A program made the translations under genes and the position numbers. From Macrostomum lignano (Eukaryota), in the NCBI GenBank assembly GCA_002269645.1, contig NIVC01001022.1, positions 310,001-374,000 of the forward strand: 64,000 nt of DNA, in the 5' to 3' direction. Below the pieces are notes generated by a model that saw only the letters and a program-made list of their open reading frames with translations, was not told the DNA's origin and ran no database searches. Below, piece after piece: positions 1 through 12,582 of this stretch (its first letter is position 1; each line of letters starts with the position of its first letter).

Positions 1-610
1 GCAAAGAAGAATGCATAAGCTATTTTATAAAAGTAAAGCCAGCTTTGATAAGTTTAGAAGCCAAGAACCCAAGCTTACAGGCGTAAACAACTTGCTAATT
101 GGTTCAGCCAGAATGTACATTGGCCAGTCCACCGAAATGTACATGGCAGCTTTAGGCTGGAATTCCGAGAAAGGCAATAAAAATTGGGACGAGGCGTGGG
201 GTAGAGGGAAAGGCGCGGTGCGATTGGAGGGTTTAAACTGGAGGTGGGAGGGGGAAGAGCCAATAAATGAGCCCTGGCTTCAAAAATACATTAAAATGCT
301 TGTCTAGCCTACTACTGAACTGAAAGTAGCTTACACGCAAATGTGCCGAGTGGCCCATCTAGTTATTATACTGTCTATGGCCCGTCTCGTATCCTATCGT
401 AACGTCTCCAAGAAACTTAGTTTCCAATCCTACTACATGAGTAGTCCTTGAGTATAATACGCTAATATTTTTCTTGATTTGATTGAGTTATCATTACAAT
501 ATCTATCCTGCATACCGGTTTTATGTACTCAACTGCTTCTATAGTGTCGCCTGATATTGTGAAAATTAGAGCAGTTAATTTATTAATCTGTACAAAAATT
601 GTATTTGCAG

Positions 611-805
611 TTTTTTCGCGGTCAATTCGGTTTAATCACCAAGGACATCGGCTCCGCAGTAGCCGAATTCAATGCCGCTTATCCCAGCGCCAGTGTCGAC
701 GAGGAGGCCGCTGGCTTCTCCGAAAGCGACGGAGACGGCTGGGTGTCGCCAAACATTCTACCGCCGTCTGTGCTGTCGCATCGGCATGAACTGCTGCAGC
801 TGCAG
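611..805 (+). CDS. DMD: Dystrophin, first exon visible in window (rod region; gene starts upstream)
   Basis: ttgcag acceptor ends 610; open frame FFRGQFG...HELLQLQ; CAG|GTGAGT donor at 806; phase 0/0; chains in frame to the downstream exons with unambiguous dystrophin domains. Confidence 0.75.
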
Positions 806-869
806 GTGAGTCTTCGGACGCTTCGGATTTCTTGGGATTAGGATTCTTAGAAATACGATTGGAAACTCA

Positions 870-1125
870 GTTTGAAATTGGAGTCTCGGCTTGGCTCTGC
901 TCGTGCAATTAACACCCCGCTTGAGGGCCACCCCCCCCCCCCAAGGCACAGTGAGTGAAGTGTACATGCCTTACCATCAATAAAGTTAGGGCCGCTGTAC
1001 ACTCCTGTGTGAGTGTGTGCCTGTGCGTATGAGTATGACTGCGTAGGTATCCGCGCGCTGTGGAATGGGCAGCAATGCCTCTCGCCGGTTGTGTGACAAT
1101 GTCGCTTAAAGTGCACACAGGGTGC
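870..1125 (+). mobile_element. SINE family 1, 5'-truncated copy
   Basis: Shares the body CTCGGCTTGGCTCTGCTCGTGCAATTAAC...AAAGTTAGGGCCGCTGTACACTCCTGTGTGAGTGTG...GTCGCTTAAAGTGC; tRNA head absent. Confidence 0.8.
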
Positions 1126-1334
1126 CACAGGAACAGCCTCAAATAAAGAAGACCTCCACCTTGTTGTTTAGTTAATTCTTGAAAACAAAAAATTATTTTC
1201 TTCTTAAATACAAGTTTTTTTCTTTAAAAAGCAAAATGATTTTCCTGTAATTATATTTGTAATGGAATCAGTTTATTATCTAGTAGCAAGTTCTTACATT
1301 TTTATACTCAGTTATCAATATTTTAGCTCAATCA

Positions 1335-1618
1335 TCGATTTTTAACTCAATTATCGATTTTTACCTCAATTATCGATTTTTACCTCAATTATCGATTTTT
1401 TAAACTTAATTATCGATTTTTACCTCACTTATCGATTTTTAAACTTAATTATCGATTTGTAACTCAGTTATCGATTTTTATCTCAATTATCGATTTTTAC
1501 CTCAATTATCGGTTTTTTAAACTCACTTATCAATTTTTAAACTTAATTATCGATTTTTAACTCACTTATCGATTTTTTAAACTTAATTATCGATTTCTAA
1601 CTCAGTTATCGATTTTTT
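1335..1618. repeat. Degenerate ~20-21 bp tandem repeat (CTCAATTATCGATTTTTAA)
   Basis: About 13 adjacent copies ending just before the acceptor at 1632. Confidence 0.85.
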
Positions 1619-1632
1619 CGCACAATTTTCAG

Positions 1633-1749
1633 TCGTTCTGGCGCGATAAAATTGCCTTCTTAGACAAGGAGGTGTCGTTTTTCAATTCGACTCACCAGTT
1701 AGCGACTGAGTTGGTCTCGCTGCAGGAGCAGGTGGCTTCTTCTGGTCAG
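1633..1749 (+). CDS. DMD: Dystrophin exon (117 nt, rod region)
   Basis: ttttcag acceptor; SFWRDKIAFLDKEVSFFNSTHQLATELVSLQEQVASSGQ; CAG|GTGAGT donor; phase 0/0. Confidence 0.75.
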
Positions 1750-2466
1750 GTGAGTCACTTCCTAATGAGATCCTTCTATTTGTTTTACTATTAAAGTGCA
1801 CCTGACCTTCAGTTGACCTCAGAGCCTCGGATTTAATAATGGAGACCTCAGCTTTAGCTTAAATTAAGCTTGTGTCGTTGTCAGGATTCCCGCAACCTAC
1901 CTGTGAATATTCATTTTTTTTTCATTACTATACAAGTACACTCTTACCAAATTTTACCAAACCATGCATAGCAACTCATTTATGGTGATTAAAATGTTAC
2001 CGTGACAATCGGAGAGTCGCGAAAAAGTCGTCCAAGAATCGTTGCGTTTGCGCTTAACTTTCTACTGAGTCAAGTAGACTAAATAGAGTTGTTATCAAAT
2101 GCGAAATGCAATTCTTATTCATCAGAGTCACAGAGTCATAGACAATAAAACGCCTCAAATTGACTTTTTAGCGACTCTTTGAGGACGGTTAGGCGGCTCG
2201 TACCGTGACATCTCGTCGTACATGTGCAACTCCCCCCCCCCCTGATTTACACTGGCCACGCGACTTACTTTTTGACCAAAAATGCGACGTACCTAAGAAA
2301 GAAACCCTAAAGTAAATTAATACCACTTTGGGTAAACGGCAGGAGTAACTTGCATGTCTTATAAAGGCTTAAATGCCTCGTCATCTAATTAGTACTAAAT
2401 CTATATTCTTGGCCTGGTTAGTAGTAGTATATATCCAGCTTCATTTTCCAACATTCGCTTCCCTAG

Positions 2467-2996
2467 CAACCGGCATCGGAGCGAAGAATCGCCTCCCTGA
2501 CTGAGCAGCTGCAGCGCAGAGGCTTTCGCGACCTCGACTGCCTCAACTGGCGACCCCCGGCTACAGCCGAGCCTTCGTCAACTGTAGCAATAGCCTCCGA
2601 CTCGGCCAAGGCGTCCGTGGTTCGAATCCGCTCCACGGCCGATTCGCAGCGCGATCGTCTGGCCGCCGAGCTGAAGCAGCGCCTGCAACGCCTGACTGAC
2701 TCCATCGGGCAGCGGTTTCCTCGGAGCGCCACGGCCGCGCGCAGTCGGACTTCTTCGGGCGGCTCGGGTCCGTTTGTTGACTTCCAAACAGCTCATCAGC
2801 AGCAGCAGCAGCAGCCAGCTTCTATCGATCTGCCCCAGTATTCGGCTATTGTGATGGACAACGCCGCTGATCTTGTCGACGAGTTGAATGGCTGCGAAAC
2901 TGCATTCGCCTCGGCGAATCATCTGTTTACTACTACTCAGCTGTTTAATTTGAGTAGTCAGTTGGATCGGTGCAAGAAAATGCTGGCTTCCGCTGG
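2467..2996 (+). CDS. DMD: Dystrophin exon (rod region)
   Basis: ccctag acceptor; QPASERRIASL...LDRCKKMLASA (includes ORF 2617..3000); GG|GTGAGC donor, phase 2, matching the phase-2 acceptor at 13672. Confidence 0.8.
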
Positions 2997-3065
2997 GTGA
3001 GCATCCTTGTAGCTTTGTATAATTCAATTATCATTATTGATGTTCAAAATGTTTAACTGAATGCT

Positions 3066-4679
3066 GTATATCCCATCTTGGAAATCCCATTTAGTAGATT
3101 CCCAATCTTGGAAATCCCATTTAGTAGATTCCCTATTCTGGAAATCCCATTTAGTAGATTCCCTATTCTTGAAATCCCATTTAGTAGATTCCCTATTCTG
3201 GAAATCCCATTTAGTAGATTCCCTATTCTGGAAATCCCATTTAGTAGATTCCCTATTCTTGAAATCCCATTTAGTAGATTCCCCATTCTGTAAATCCCAT
3301 TTAGTAGATTCCCCATCCTGGAAATATCCCATTTAGTAGATTCCCTATTCTGGAAATCCCATTTAGTAGATTCCCCATCCTGGAAATCCCATTTAGTAGA
3401 TTCCCTATTCTGGAAATCCCATTTAGTAGATTCCCCATTCTGGAAATCCCATTTAGTAGATTCCCCATCCTGGAAATATCCCATTTAGTAGATTCCCTAT
3501 TCCGGAAATCCCATTTAGTAGATTCCCCATTCTGGAAATCCCATTTAGTAGATTCCCTATTCTTCTGGAAATATCCCATTTATTAGATTCCCTATTCTGG
3601 AAATATCCCATTTAGTAGATTCCCTATTCTGGAAATATCCCATTTAGTAGATTCCCTATTCTGGAAATCCCATTTAGTAGATTCCCCATCCTGGAATTCC
3701 CATTTAGTAGATTCCCCATCCTGGAAATCCCATTTAGTAGATTCCCTATTCCGGAAATCCCATTTAGTAGATTCCCTATTCTGGAAATCCCATTTAGTAG
3801 ATTCCCTATTCTGGAAATCCCATTTAGTAGATTCCCTATTCTGGAAATATCCCATTTAGTAGATTCCCTATTCTGGAAATCCCATTTAGTAGATTCCCCA
3901 CTCTGTAAATCCCATTTAGTAGATTCCCCATCCTGGAAATATCCCATTTAGTAGATTCCCTATTCTGGAAATCCCATTTAGTAGATTCCCCATCCTGGAA
4001 ATCCCATTTAGTAGATTCCCTATTCTGGAAATCCCATTTAGTAGATTCCCCATTCTGGAAATCCCATTTAGTAGATTCCCCATCCTGGAAATATCCCATT
4101 CAGTAGATTCCCTATTCCGGAAATCCCATTTAGTAGATTCCCTATTCTGGAAATCCCATTTAGTAAATTCCCCATTCTGGAAATATCCCATTCAGTAGAT
4201 TCCCTATTCTGGAAATCCCATTTAGTAGATTCCCTATTCTGGAAATCCCATTTAGTAGATTCCCTATTCTGGAAATCCCATTTAGTAAATTCCCCATTCT
4301 GGAAATATCCAATTCAGTAGATTCCCTATTCTGGAAATCCCATTTAGTAGATTCCCTATTCTGGAAATCCCATTTAGTAGATTCCCTATTCTGGAAATCC
4401 CATTTAGTAGATTCCCTCTTCTGGAAATATCCCATTTAGTAGATTCCCTATTCTGGAAATCCCATTTAGTAGATTCCCCATCCTGGAAATATCCCATTTA
4501 GTAGATTCCCTATTCCGGAAATCCCATTTAGTAGATTCCCTATTCTGGAAATCCCATTTAGTAAATTCCCCATTCTGGAAATATCCCATTCAGTAGATTT
4601 CCTATTCTGGAAATCCCATTTAGTAGATTCCTTATTCTGGAAATATCCCATTTAGTAAACTCCCCATTCTGGAAATCCC
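3066..4679. repeat. 30-bp minisatellite (GAAATCCCATTTAGTAGATTCCCTATTCTG) with 32-bp variants
   Basis: About 50 head-to-tail copies with no spacers. Confidence 0.95.
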
Positions 4680-4903
4680 ACATGCTACGTGCAGTATCCC
4701 ACCTGGTATATAAGCTGATATAAAATCGGCAACCTTGTGTCAACGCCAGGTAACCTTCTTATCTTATTATTTGAGTTCATATTTACCTTGGCAACTATCT
4801 ATGAAATTATAAAAGCATTATATTTGAACAATGATATGCTACTTAAGATGATGCTAGCTATATAGGCAGCATATGCTGCCGAGCTTCAGTTTTAGTCAAT
4901 ATT

Positions 4904-5262
4904 TTTTTTTTTAGAGGCAGGGGGGTTGTGTGCACCTTGGCGCAATTTAAGCGTCATTGGCACACAACCGGCGAGAGGCATTACTACCCATTCCGCCGAC
5001 TCCCCTGAGCAGGCATACAAGCGCGCGGATACGTTACGCAGGCACACACTCACACAGGAGTGTACAGCGGCCCTAACTTTATTTATTGTTAGGCATGTAC
5101 ACTTCACTGCGCCTTGGGGGGGTTGGCTCTCAAGGCCGTTAATTGCACAAGCGAGCCAAGCCAAGATTCCAATCCAGCCCCAAATTAATGTGGCTGCACT
5201 TGGAATCGAGCCTGGGTCGCGGCACACCAGAGCAGCTGCGCTACCGCTGGGCTACGGCCCCC
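4904..5262 (-). mobile_element. tRNA-derived SINE family 1, full-length copy (antisense in dystrophin intron)
   Basis: Reverse complement of the 41976 copy; poly-A tail; duplication TTTTAGTCAATATT at 4890-4903 and 5263-5276. Confidence 0.88.
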
Positions 5263-5605
5263 TTTTAGTCAATATTAGCTTGGAGTTTTGCTCAGCCAGA
5301 CAGGTACTAAGATGCGGTTGCCATATGTATAAATCACAGCTTAGGTGTAGTTTCATTCGTAGATTTATCTATTTCATGCTGATAAAAGGAAGGCATGCAC
5401 TTATTGAGCCCAGCTGCTCATCCCTCTGGCCAATGAGCCGGCATCACGTGGATAGGTTTGAGTTGAGCTTTGACGAGCGAAATCTGTTTATCTTAATCCC
5501 CTGATTTTTTGTCTCTGTGACCTCAAAATATGGGTATGGCCTTGGGAAAGGCTGTAGTTAAATCGCCTGTGCTAATATACTAGCTATTGATCCATGCTCG
5601 ATAAC

Positions 5606-6264
5606 ATTCAGTGGATTGCTAGACCCTCTCTATTAAATTCAATCTAGTGGATTGCTAGACCCTCCATTACATTCAGTGGATTGCTAGACCCTCTCTCCAT
5701 AACATTCAGTGGATTGCTAGACCCTCTCTACCCTAATCTTTTGTGGATTGCTAGACCCTCTCTACCCTAATCTTCTGTGGATTGCTAGACCCTCTCTACC
5801 CTAATCTTCTGTGGATTGCTAGACCCTCTCTAGCCTAATCTTCTGTGGATTGCTAGACCCTCTCTAGCCTAATCTTCTGTGGATTGCTAGACCCTCTCTA
5901 CCCTAATCTTCTGTGGATTGCTAGACCCTCTCTACCCTAATCTTCTGTGGATTGCTAGACCCTCTCTAGCCTAATCTTCTGTGGATTGCTAGACCCTCTC
6001 TAGCCTAATCTTCTGTGGATTGCTAGACCCTCTCTACCCTAATCTTCTGTGGATTGCTAGACCCTCTCTATAACATTCAGTAGATTGCTAGACCCTCTCT
6101 ACCATAACATTCAGTGGATTGCTAGACCCGCTCTCTATTACATTCAGTGGATTGCTAGACCCGCTCTCTATTACATTCAGTGGATTGCTAGACCCGCTCT
6201 CCATAACCTTCAATGGATTGCTAGACCCACTCTCCGTAACTTTCACTGGATTGCTAGACCCACT
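5606..6264. repeat. ~34-bp minisatellite (GTGGATTGCTAGACCCTCTCTACCCTAATCTTCT)
   Basis: Tandem copies with diverged flanking units. Confidence 0.93.
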
Positions 6265-6879
6265 CTTTGTGCTGTTGAGTGAAATCAGAGGATCTTGAAC
6301 AGTTTTTTTCTTTTTATTATTTATTTTTAAGTGCATACATGTAGTTAGTTATTTTGTTGTGAATTAATCTAGAGCAAGACACATGTATATTGCTATTTAC
6401 AACCGATAATTAGTATTTATAATCAATGCTATAGGAATAGGAATGCATCAGTTTCAATTCCTTGACTCGAACCCCAAACCCCTAGAGTCCTCGGTGATAG
6501 TTAACAGCAGTGCATATTAAACAGTTTTTATTCAAACTACACTTCACTTGTGAAACGTCAGTTCCCTTGTGTTGCTAAATAGATTTTCATCAAATATTAT
6601 CTTGGGAGCCGGGGCCGGCTAATCCTCTTGAGTATATAGCATGCCAGTCAATTGAGGCGATCTTCCGCTCCTATTTACAGGTTTTTTATTGTGCTTATTT
6701 TAAAATTTCCTAAGCATTGAATGTGCTTTGACCTCTGCGGCCCGCTATCTCAGACTTTATTTAGATTACTTTCCTGTGCTCTAGCGATTCTTTGTGTCTC
6801 TGTCAGCTCTATCCACTCTCGGCTGCACCCTACCTCCCTGCCGTTTCTGTCTGGAATAGCTCCTTTTTCTATCTACCTC

Positions 6880-8150
6880 TTGTATCTCTCCTTTCTCTCC
6901 CCCCCTGTCTATCTCTCTCTCCATCTCTGCCTCTCTCCCTCCTGTCTATCTCTCTCTCCATCTCTGCCTCTCTCCCTCCTGTCTATCTCTCTCTCCATCT
7001 CTGCCTCTCTCCCTCCTGTCTATCTCTCTCTCTCCATCTCTGCCTCTCTCCCTCCTGTCTATCTCTCTCTCTCAATCTCTACCTCTGCCTCTCCCCCTCC
7101 TGTCTATCTCAATCTCTACCTCTGCCTCTCTCCCTCCTGTCTATCTCAATCTCTACCTCTGCCTCTCTCCCTCCTGTCTATCTCTCTCTCCATCTCTACC
7201 TCTCTCCCTCCTGTCTATCTCTCTCTCCATCTCTGCCTCTCTCCCTCCTGTCTATCTCTCTCTCCATCTCTGCCTCTCCCCCTCCTGTCTATCTCTCTCT
7301 CCATCTCTGCCTCTCTCCCTCCTGTCTATCTCTCTCTCTCAATCTCTACCTCTGCCTCTCCCCCTCCTGTCTATCTCAATCTCTACCTCTGCCTCTCTCC
7401 CTCCTGTCTATCTCAATCTCTACCTCTGCCTCTCTCCCTCCTGTCTATCTCTCTCTCTATCTCTGCCTCTCTCCCTCCTGTCTATCTCTCTCTCTCCATC
7501 TCTGCCTCTCTCCCTCCTGTCTATCTCTCTCTCCATCTCTGCCTCTCTCCCTCCTGTCTATCTCTCTCTCTCCATCTCTGCCTCTCTCCCTCCTGTCTAT
7601 CTCTCTCTCCATCTCTGCCTCTCTCCCTCCTGTCTATCTCTCTCTCTCCATCTCTGCCTCTCTCCCTCCTGTCTATCTCTCTCTCCATCTCTGCCTCTCC
7701 CCCTCCTGTCTATCTCTCTCTCTCAATCTCTACCTCTGCCTCTCCCCCTCCTGTCTATCTCAATCTCTACCTCTGCCTCTCTCCCTCCTGTCTATCTCAA
7801 TCTCTACCTCTGCCTCTCTCCCTCCTGTCTATCTCTCTCTCCATCTCTACCTCTCTCCCTCCTGTCTATCTCTCTCTCCATCTCTGCCTCTCTCCCTCCT
7901 GTCTATCTCTCTCTCCATCTCTGCCTCTCCCCCTCCTGTCTATCTCTCTCTCCATCTCTGCCTCTCTCCCTCCTGTCTATCTCTCTCTCTCCATCTCTGC
8001 CTCTCTCCCTCCTGTCTATCTCTCTCTCCATCTCTACCTCTGTCCCTCTTCCTCTCTCCCCCTTCTCTCCCTCTCCCTCTCTCCCTCTCCCTCTCTCCCC
8101 TCTCCCTCTCTCTAGGGCCTCTCTTCCTCTATCTCTTTTTTTCTCTCTCT
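6880..8150. repeat. CT-rich minisatellite (CTCTCCATCTCTGCCTCTCTCCCTCCTGTCTAT-like)
   Basis: Tandem low-complexity array; source of spurious ORFs 6721..8219. Confidence 0.93.
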
Positions 8151-8764
8151 CCCGTCTACTCCCTCTCCACCATAGAGAGATATTTTCAATTTTCTCTCCA
8201 TCTACTTCTTTGCATTTAATCCCTATATACAGTTACGACCCTTTGACTTTCTATACGAGCTATATATTTATAAAGTTAGTTATGCAAAATATCGATAACA
8301 CAACAGCAATACGACGTACAATTAAAATGATATTCTAGTAGTATGCAAAGCTAAAACATGTATTCTCACATTTTAGTTATCTAACCAATTTTCTATTGGC
8401 TGAGACAGGGCCAATCAGCGAAGGCCAGTGCCTTTCTAGAAAAGCTAGCAATTTCAGCTGTAGGAAATCTATTCTCCCAGTCACCTTCTTGCATCTGTTA
8501 TAAAAAAGTACTTCAAACTAAGCTAAAGAAAATAAACTAAGCACTGAAGTGCAAACAATATGAACTCCGCTAAGCGTCTGCTAATGAAGTCTTACATAAT
8601 GGATTAAGTTCGGAGTGAACATTGTCGAAGACGGCAAAGTCTGCGTATGGATGTCTCACTCAGCTGCTCAACGGAACGCCAGAATTCAGTGAGTCAATCT
8701 GTTTTATTATATTTTTATATTCTGTCATTGCTTTTGTGAGTTGACTGTGCTTTTTTATTCATAA

Positions 8765-9436
8765 CTGTGCTACTCTCTCACTTCTACATTTGTGCTACTC
8801 TCCCTATCTCTGTGCTACTCTCTCACTTCTACATTTGTGCTACTCTCTCACTTCTACATTTGTGCTACTCTCTCACTTCTACATTTGTGCTACTCTCTCT
8901 ATCTCTGTGCTACTCTCTCACTTCTACATTTGTGCTACTCTCTCACTTCTACATTTGTGCTACTCTCTCTATCTCTGTGCTACTCTCTCACTTCTACATT
9001 TGTGCTACTCTCTCTATCTCTGTGCTACTCTCTCACTTCTACATTTGTGCTACTCTCTCACTTCTACATTTGTGCTACTCTCCCTATCTCTGTGCTACTC
9101 TCTCACTTCTACATTTGTGCTACTCTCTCACTTCTACATTTGTGCTACTCTCTCACTTCTACATTTGTGCTACTCTCTCTATCTCTGTGCTACTCTCTCA
9201 CTTCTACATTTGTGCTACTCTCTCTATCTCCGTGTTACTCTATCTCTATCTCTGTGCTACTCTCTCACTTCTACATCTGTGCTACTCTCTCTCTCCGTGT
9301 TACTCTCTCTCTCTATCTCTGTGCTACTCTCTCACTTCTACATCTGTGCTACTTTCTCTTCTATCTCTGTGCTACTCTCTCTCTCCGTGTTACTCTCTCT
9401 CTATCTCTGTGCTACTCTCTCACTTCTACATCTGTG

Positions 9437-9482
<46 letters not shown>

Positions 9483-10050
9483 ATCTCTGTGCTACTCTCT
9501 CTCTCTCCGTGTTACTCTCTCACTTCTACATTTGTGCTACTCTCTCTTATATATCTGTGCTACTCTCTCACTTCTACATCTGTGCTACTCTCTCACTTCT
9601 ACATCTGTGCTACTCTCTCACTTCTACATCTGTGTTACTCTCTCACTTCTACATCTGTGCTACTCTCTCACTTCTACATCTGTGCTACTCTCTCTCTCTC
9701 TTCTATCTCTGTGTACTCTCTCACTTCTACATCTGTGCTACTCTCTCTCTCTCTTCTATCTCTGTGCTACTCTCTCACTTCTACATCTGTGCTACTCTCT
9801 CTCTCTCTTCTATCTCTGTGCTACTCTCTCACTTCTACATCTGTGCTACTCTCTCTCTCTTCTATCTCTGCTACTCTCTCACTTCTACATCTGTGCTACT
9901 CTCTCTCTCTCTTCTATCCCTGTGCTACTCTCTCTCTCTCTTCTATCTCTGTGCTACTCTCTCACTTCTACATCTGTGCTACTCTCTCTCTCTTCTATCT
10001 CTGCTACTCTCTCTCTCTCTCTTCTATCCCTGTGCTACTCTCTCTTCTCT
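8765..10050. repeat. ~25-bp minisatellite (TGTGCTACTCTCTCACTTCTACATT)
   Basis: Tandem array with embedded (CT)n runs. Confidence 0.93.
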
Positions 10051-10556
10051 ATATGTTAATATATTTTTTTCAAATTGATGTTGAAATGTTTAATATGCTG
10101 AAAAACATAAATTTGAAGTGGCGTGTGCGATGAAAAGTAGACTTCTATCCGCTTAGCTCATCTTGAATTGCGGAGTGAATGGCAGCTAGTTTCATTTTTT
10201 CAACTGACAAGCTCAAAAAGCTTATAATAATGCACGTTGCAAGCTTCTTCTCGAGTAGCTTTGTAGATCAATGCTATTGAAAAAGATGCCACTTTAAAAG
10301 AGAGATTATTTTTCTGTTAAATTGCCATCTGCTCACTGCTCACCTATTTTTAGTCGAATGAACTGGAGCGATGAATGGTTGAACTCATGTGCTGTTTAGT
10401 TGAGTTGATTTTTGTTAATTCAAGTTTAGCCATGCGTACACAACTGACTTATCGTTCACTGGTGCTCTGGGAGCTCTGCTTTTTAGGGTTTGGCCTGGGT
10501 ATTGTTGTTAGGGAATTTTCTATCATATCTGCTGCGCTTGCTCTGAGGATTGTTTG

Positions 10557-10854
10557 AGTGCCTGTCTGTCTGTCTGCCTGCCTGTCTGTCTGCCTGTCTG
10601 TCTGTCTGTCTGTCTGCCTGCCTGCCTGTCTGCCTGCCTGTCTGTCTGTCTGCCTGCCTGCCTGTCTGTCTGTCTGTCTGTCTGTCTGTCTGCCTGCCTG
10701 CCTGTCTGCCTGCCTGTCTGTCTGTCTGTCTGTCTGCCTGCCTGTCTGCCTGCCTGTCTGCCTGTCTGCCTGCCTGTCTGTCTGCCTGCCTGCCTGCCTG
10801 CCTACCTGCCTGTCTGTCTGTCTGTCTGTCTGTCCCTGTCTGTCTTAGTGTCTC

Positions 10855-10921
<67 letters not shown>

Positions 10922-11098
10922 TAGTGTCTGTCTGTCTTAGTGTCTGTCTGTCTTAGTGTCTGTCTGTCTGTCTGCCTGTCTGTCTGTCTGTCTGCCTGTC
11001 TGTCTGTCTGCCTTTGTCTGTCTGTCTGTCTGTCTGTCCCTGTCTGTCTTAGTGTCTCTCTGTCTGTCATGTCTGTCTGTCTGTCTGTCATGTCTGTC
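10557..11098. repeat. (TGTC)n/(TGCC)n microsatellite
   Basis: Direct reading. Confidence 0.95.
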
Positions 11099-11716
11099 TA
11101 TATACGATTATCTATCAATCTATTTTCATGTTTCTTTATTCACATTAGATTTTGCTCATCCCATTGTCTTTACGGATTCAACAGTCAGCAGGAGCGATTA
11201 AAACTGACAGTTATGATCAGCTTAACGGGACTCTGCGTGACGCAAATAATGGTGAAGGTCTTTGCGTACACAATTACATGTATATATGAGTATTTATTAT
11301 GTAAATCATATAATAACTACAAATGTCTACTATTGCTGTAGACGTGCTTATAGCTGGAAAAGCCAAGCTGCTGATAAAGTTGTCCCGGCCTCTGTGTCCG
11401 GTCACGTGATCTCGCTTTATAGATAAATGAAGCCACTCAAATGACAAAGAAAGAAAAATTATAATAGTAAAAATATTTCAGACATTCAAGTGTTTGGCCT
11501 AATAATGAGATTACTTTGCGAGATTTATAAAAGCGCTAGTTAGAACAGATGTTTTTTAATCAAAGAAATAAACTATCGGTGGGGTGGCTGGCTCGTGCTT
11601 GCTTTGACTACACATTGGCACAATTGGCTTTGTTTCATTATTGGTACTGAAATATAGTCTGTTGCTGGTACGGGTCTGGGTGTATTAGGACAGCTGAGCA
11701 GCGGATAGTCAATACA

Positions 11717-11717
11717 T

Positions 11718-11776
<59 letters not shown>

Positions 11777-11809
11777 CAGACAGATGACAGAGACAGACAG
11801 ACAGATGAC

Positions 11810-11886
<77 letters not shown>

Positions 11887-11998
11887 GGACAGACAGACAG
11901 ACAGACAGACAAACAGGCAGGCAAGCAGGCATTATGACACACAGACAGACAGATGGACAATCAGACGGACAGACAGACAGGTAGACAGACAGACAGTC
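11717..11998. repeat. (GACA)n microsatellite
   Basis: Direct reading; reverse complement of the 10557 array. Confidence 0.95.
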
Positions 11999-12582
11999 CG
12001 ATTAATAAACATTGGGTCAGACCAATTGATGCATAAATTCTATTGCCATACGCGATTCGCAAAGCTGCATCCCTGCGCTGCAATTCGCACTACAATGTGC
12101 AGCATTAGAGGACGCGTATCCCGTCAGCGCTAAAAGTCTGAGGCTTCAGTCTCTTCTGCTTTGGCTTGCATCCAATATTTGCTTGATGCCGAAGAAACTG
12201 CACAGCTAATAACAGCTGCTGTTCCTCATCAGCTAATGTGCCACATTGGGATCGCCGCAATTCTCTCTGTGTCCCTGTGTCCGTCTCCGCTTTTTCTCTG
12301 GAACCAAAGCAAGACAAATCTTTTCTGCCGGTTTTCCGCTGCTTTAACATCTTTGTCGAGTTTTCTTTTGGTGTGCTTAACAATCTTTTTAATAAGCGTG
12401 TGCTTGGTTTTTCTTTGTCAGTATGGTGCCTAAATTGCCGATATTTGGGCTTAAGCTGATTGTCTGTTTTTGCCTGTTAATTGCTGTGCGTCTGTAGATG
12501 ACAAAATCAAAATGAATTCTGCGCTTTTTGTATTTTTAAAATGTTTTTTCAGCTTGCATTTAACTATGCTGAAAAGTGAATT

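Noticed and set aside
11-307. 98-aa Trp/Gly-rich ORF at the window start
   Set aside because: Lies in presumed dystrophin intron, no recognisable motif and no compatible splice sites
2012-2179. Imperfect inverted repeat (16/18 match, ~130-bp spacer) as a MITE
   Set aside because: Short, single copy in the window, no clear target-site duplication
4695-4749. AG...GTAACC-bounded segment after the 30-bp array
   Set aside because: Stops in all three frames
6721-10133. Long ORFs (430-475 aa) over CT-rich arrays; likewise ORFs over repeats at 3024-4651, 10550-11341, 12451-13506, 17475-18159, 24389-25285, 37576-38409, 40909-41866, 54761-55903, 56674-57405
   Set aside because: Open in several frames at once only because the repeat units lack stops; the translations are periodic artefacts
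11149-11251. Exon-like segment ILLIPLSLRIQQSAGAIKTDSYDQLNGTLRDANN
   Set aside because: Phase 0 start and phase 1 end fit neither side of the phase-2 intron 2997..13671; weak donor; no spectrin pattern
12060-12300. Helical-looking peptides (LRLQSLLLWL; IQYLLDAEETAQL) in intron 3
   Set aside because: They lie in different frames with stops and no compatible splice sites; the gene chains correctly without them
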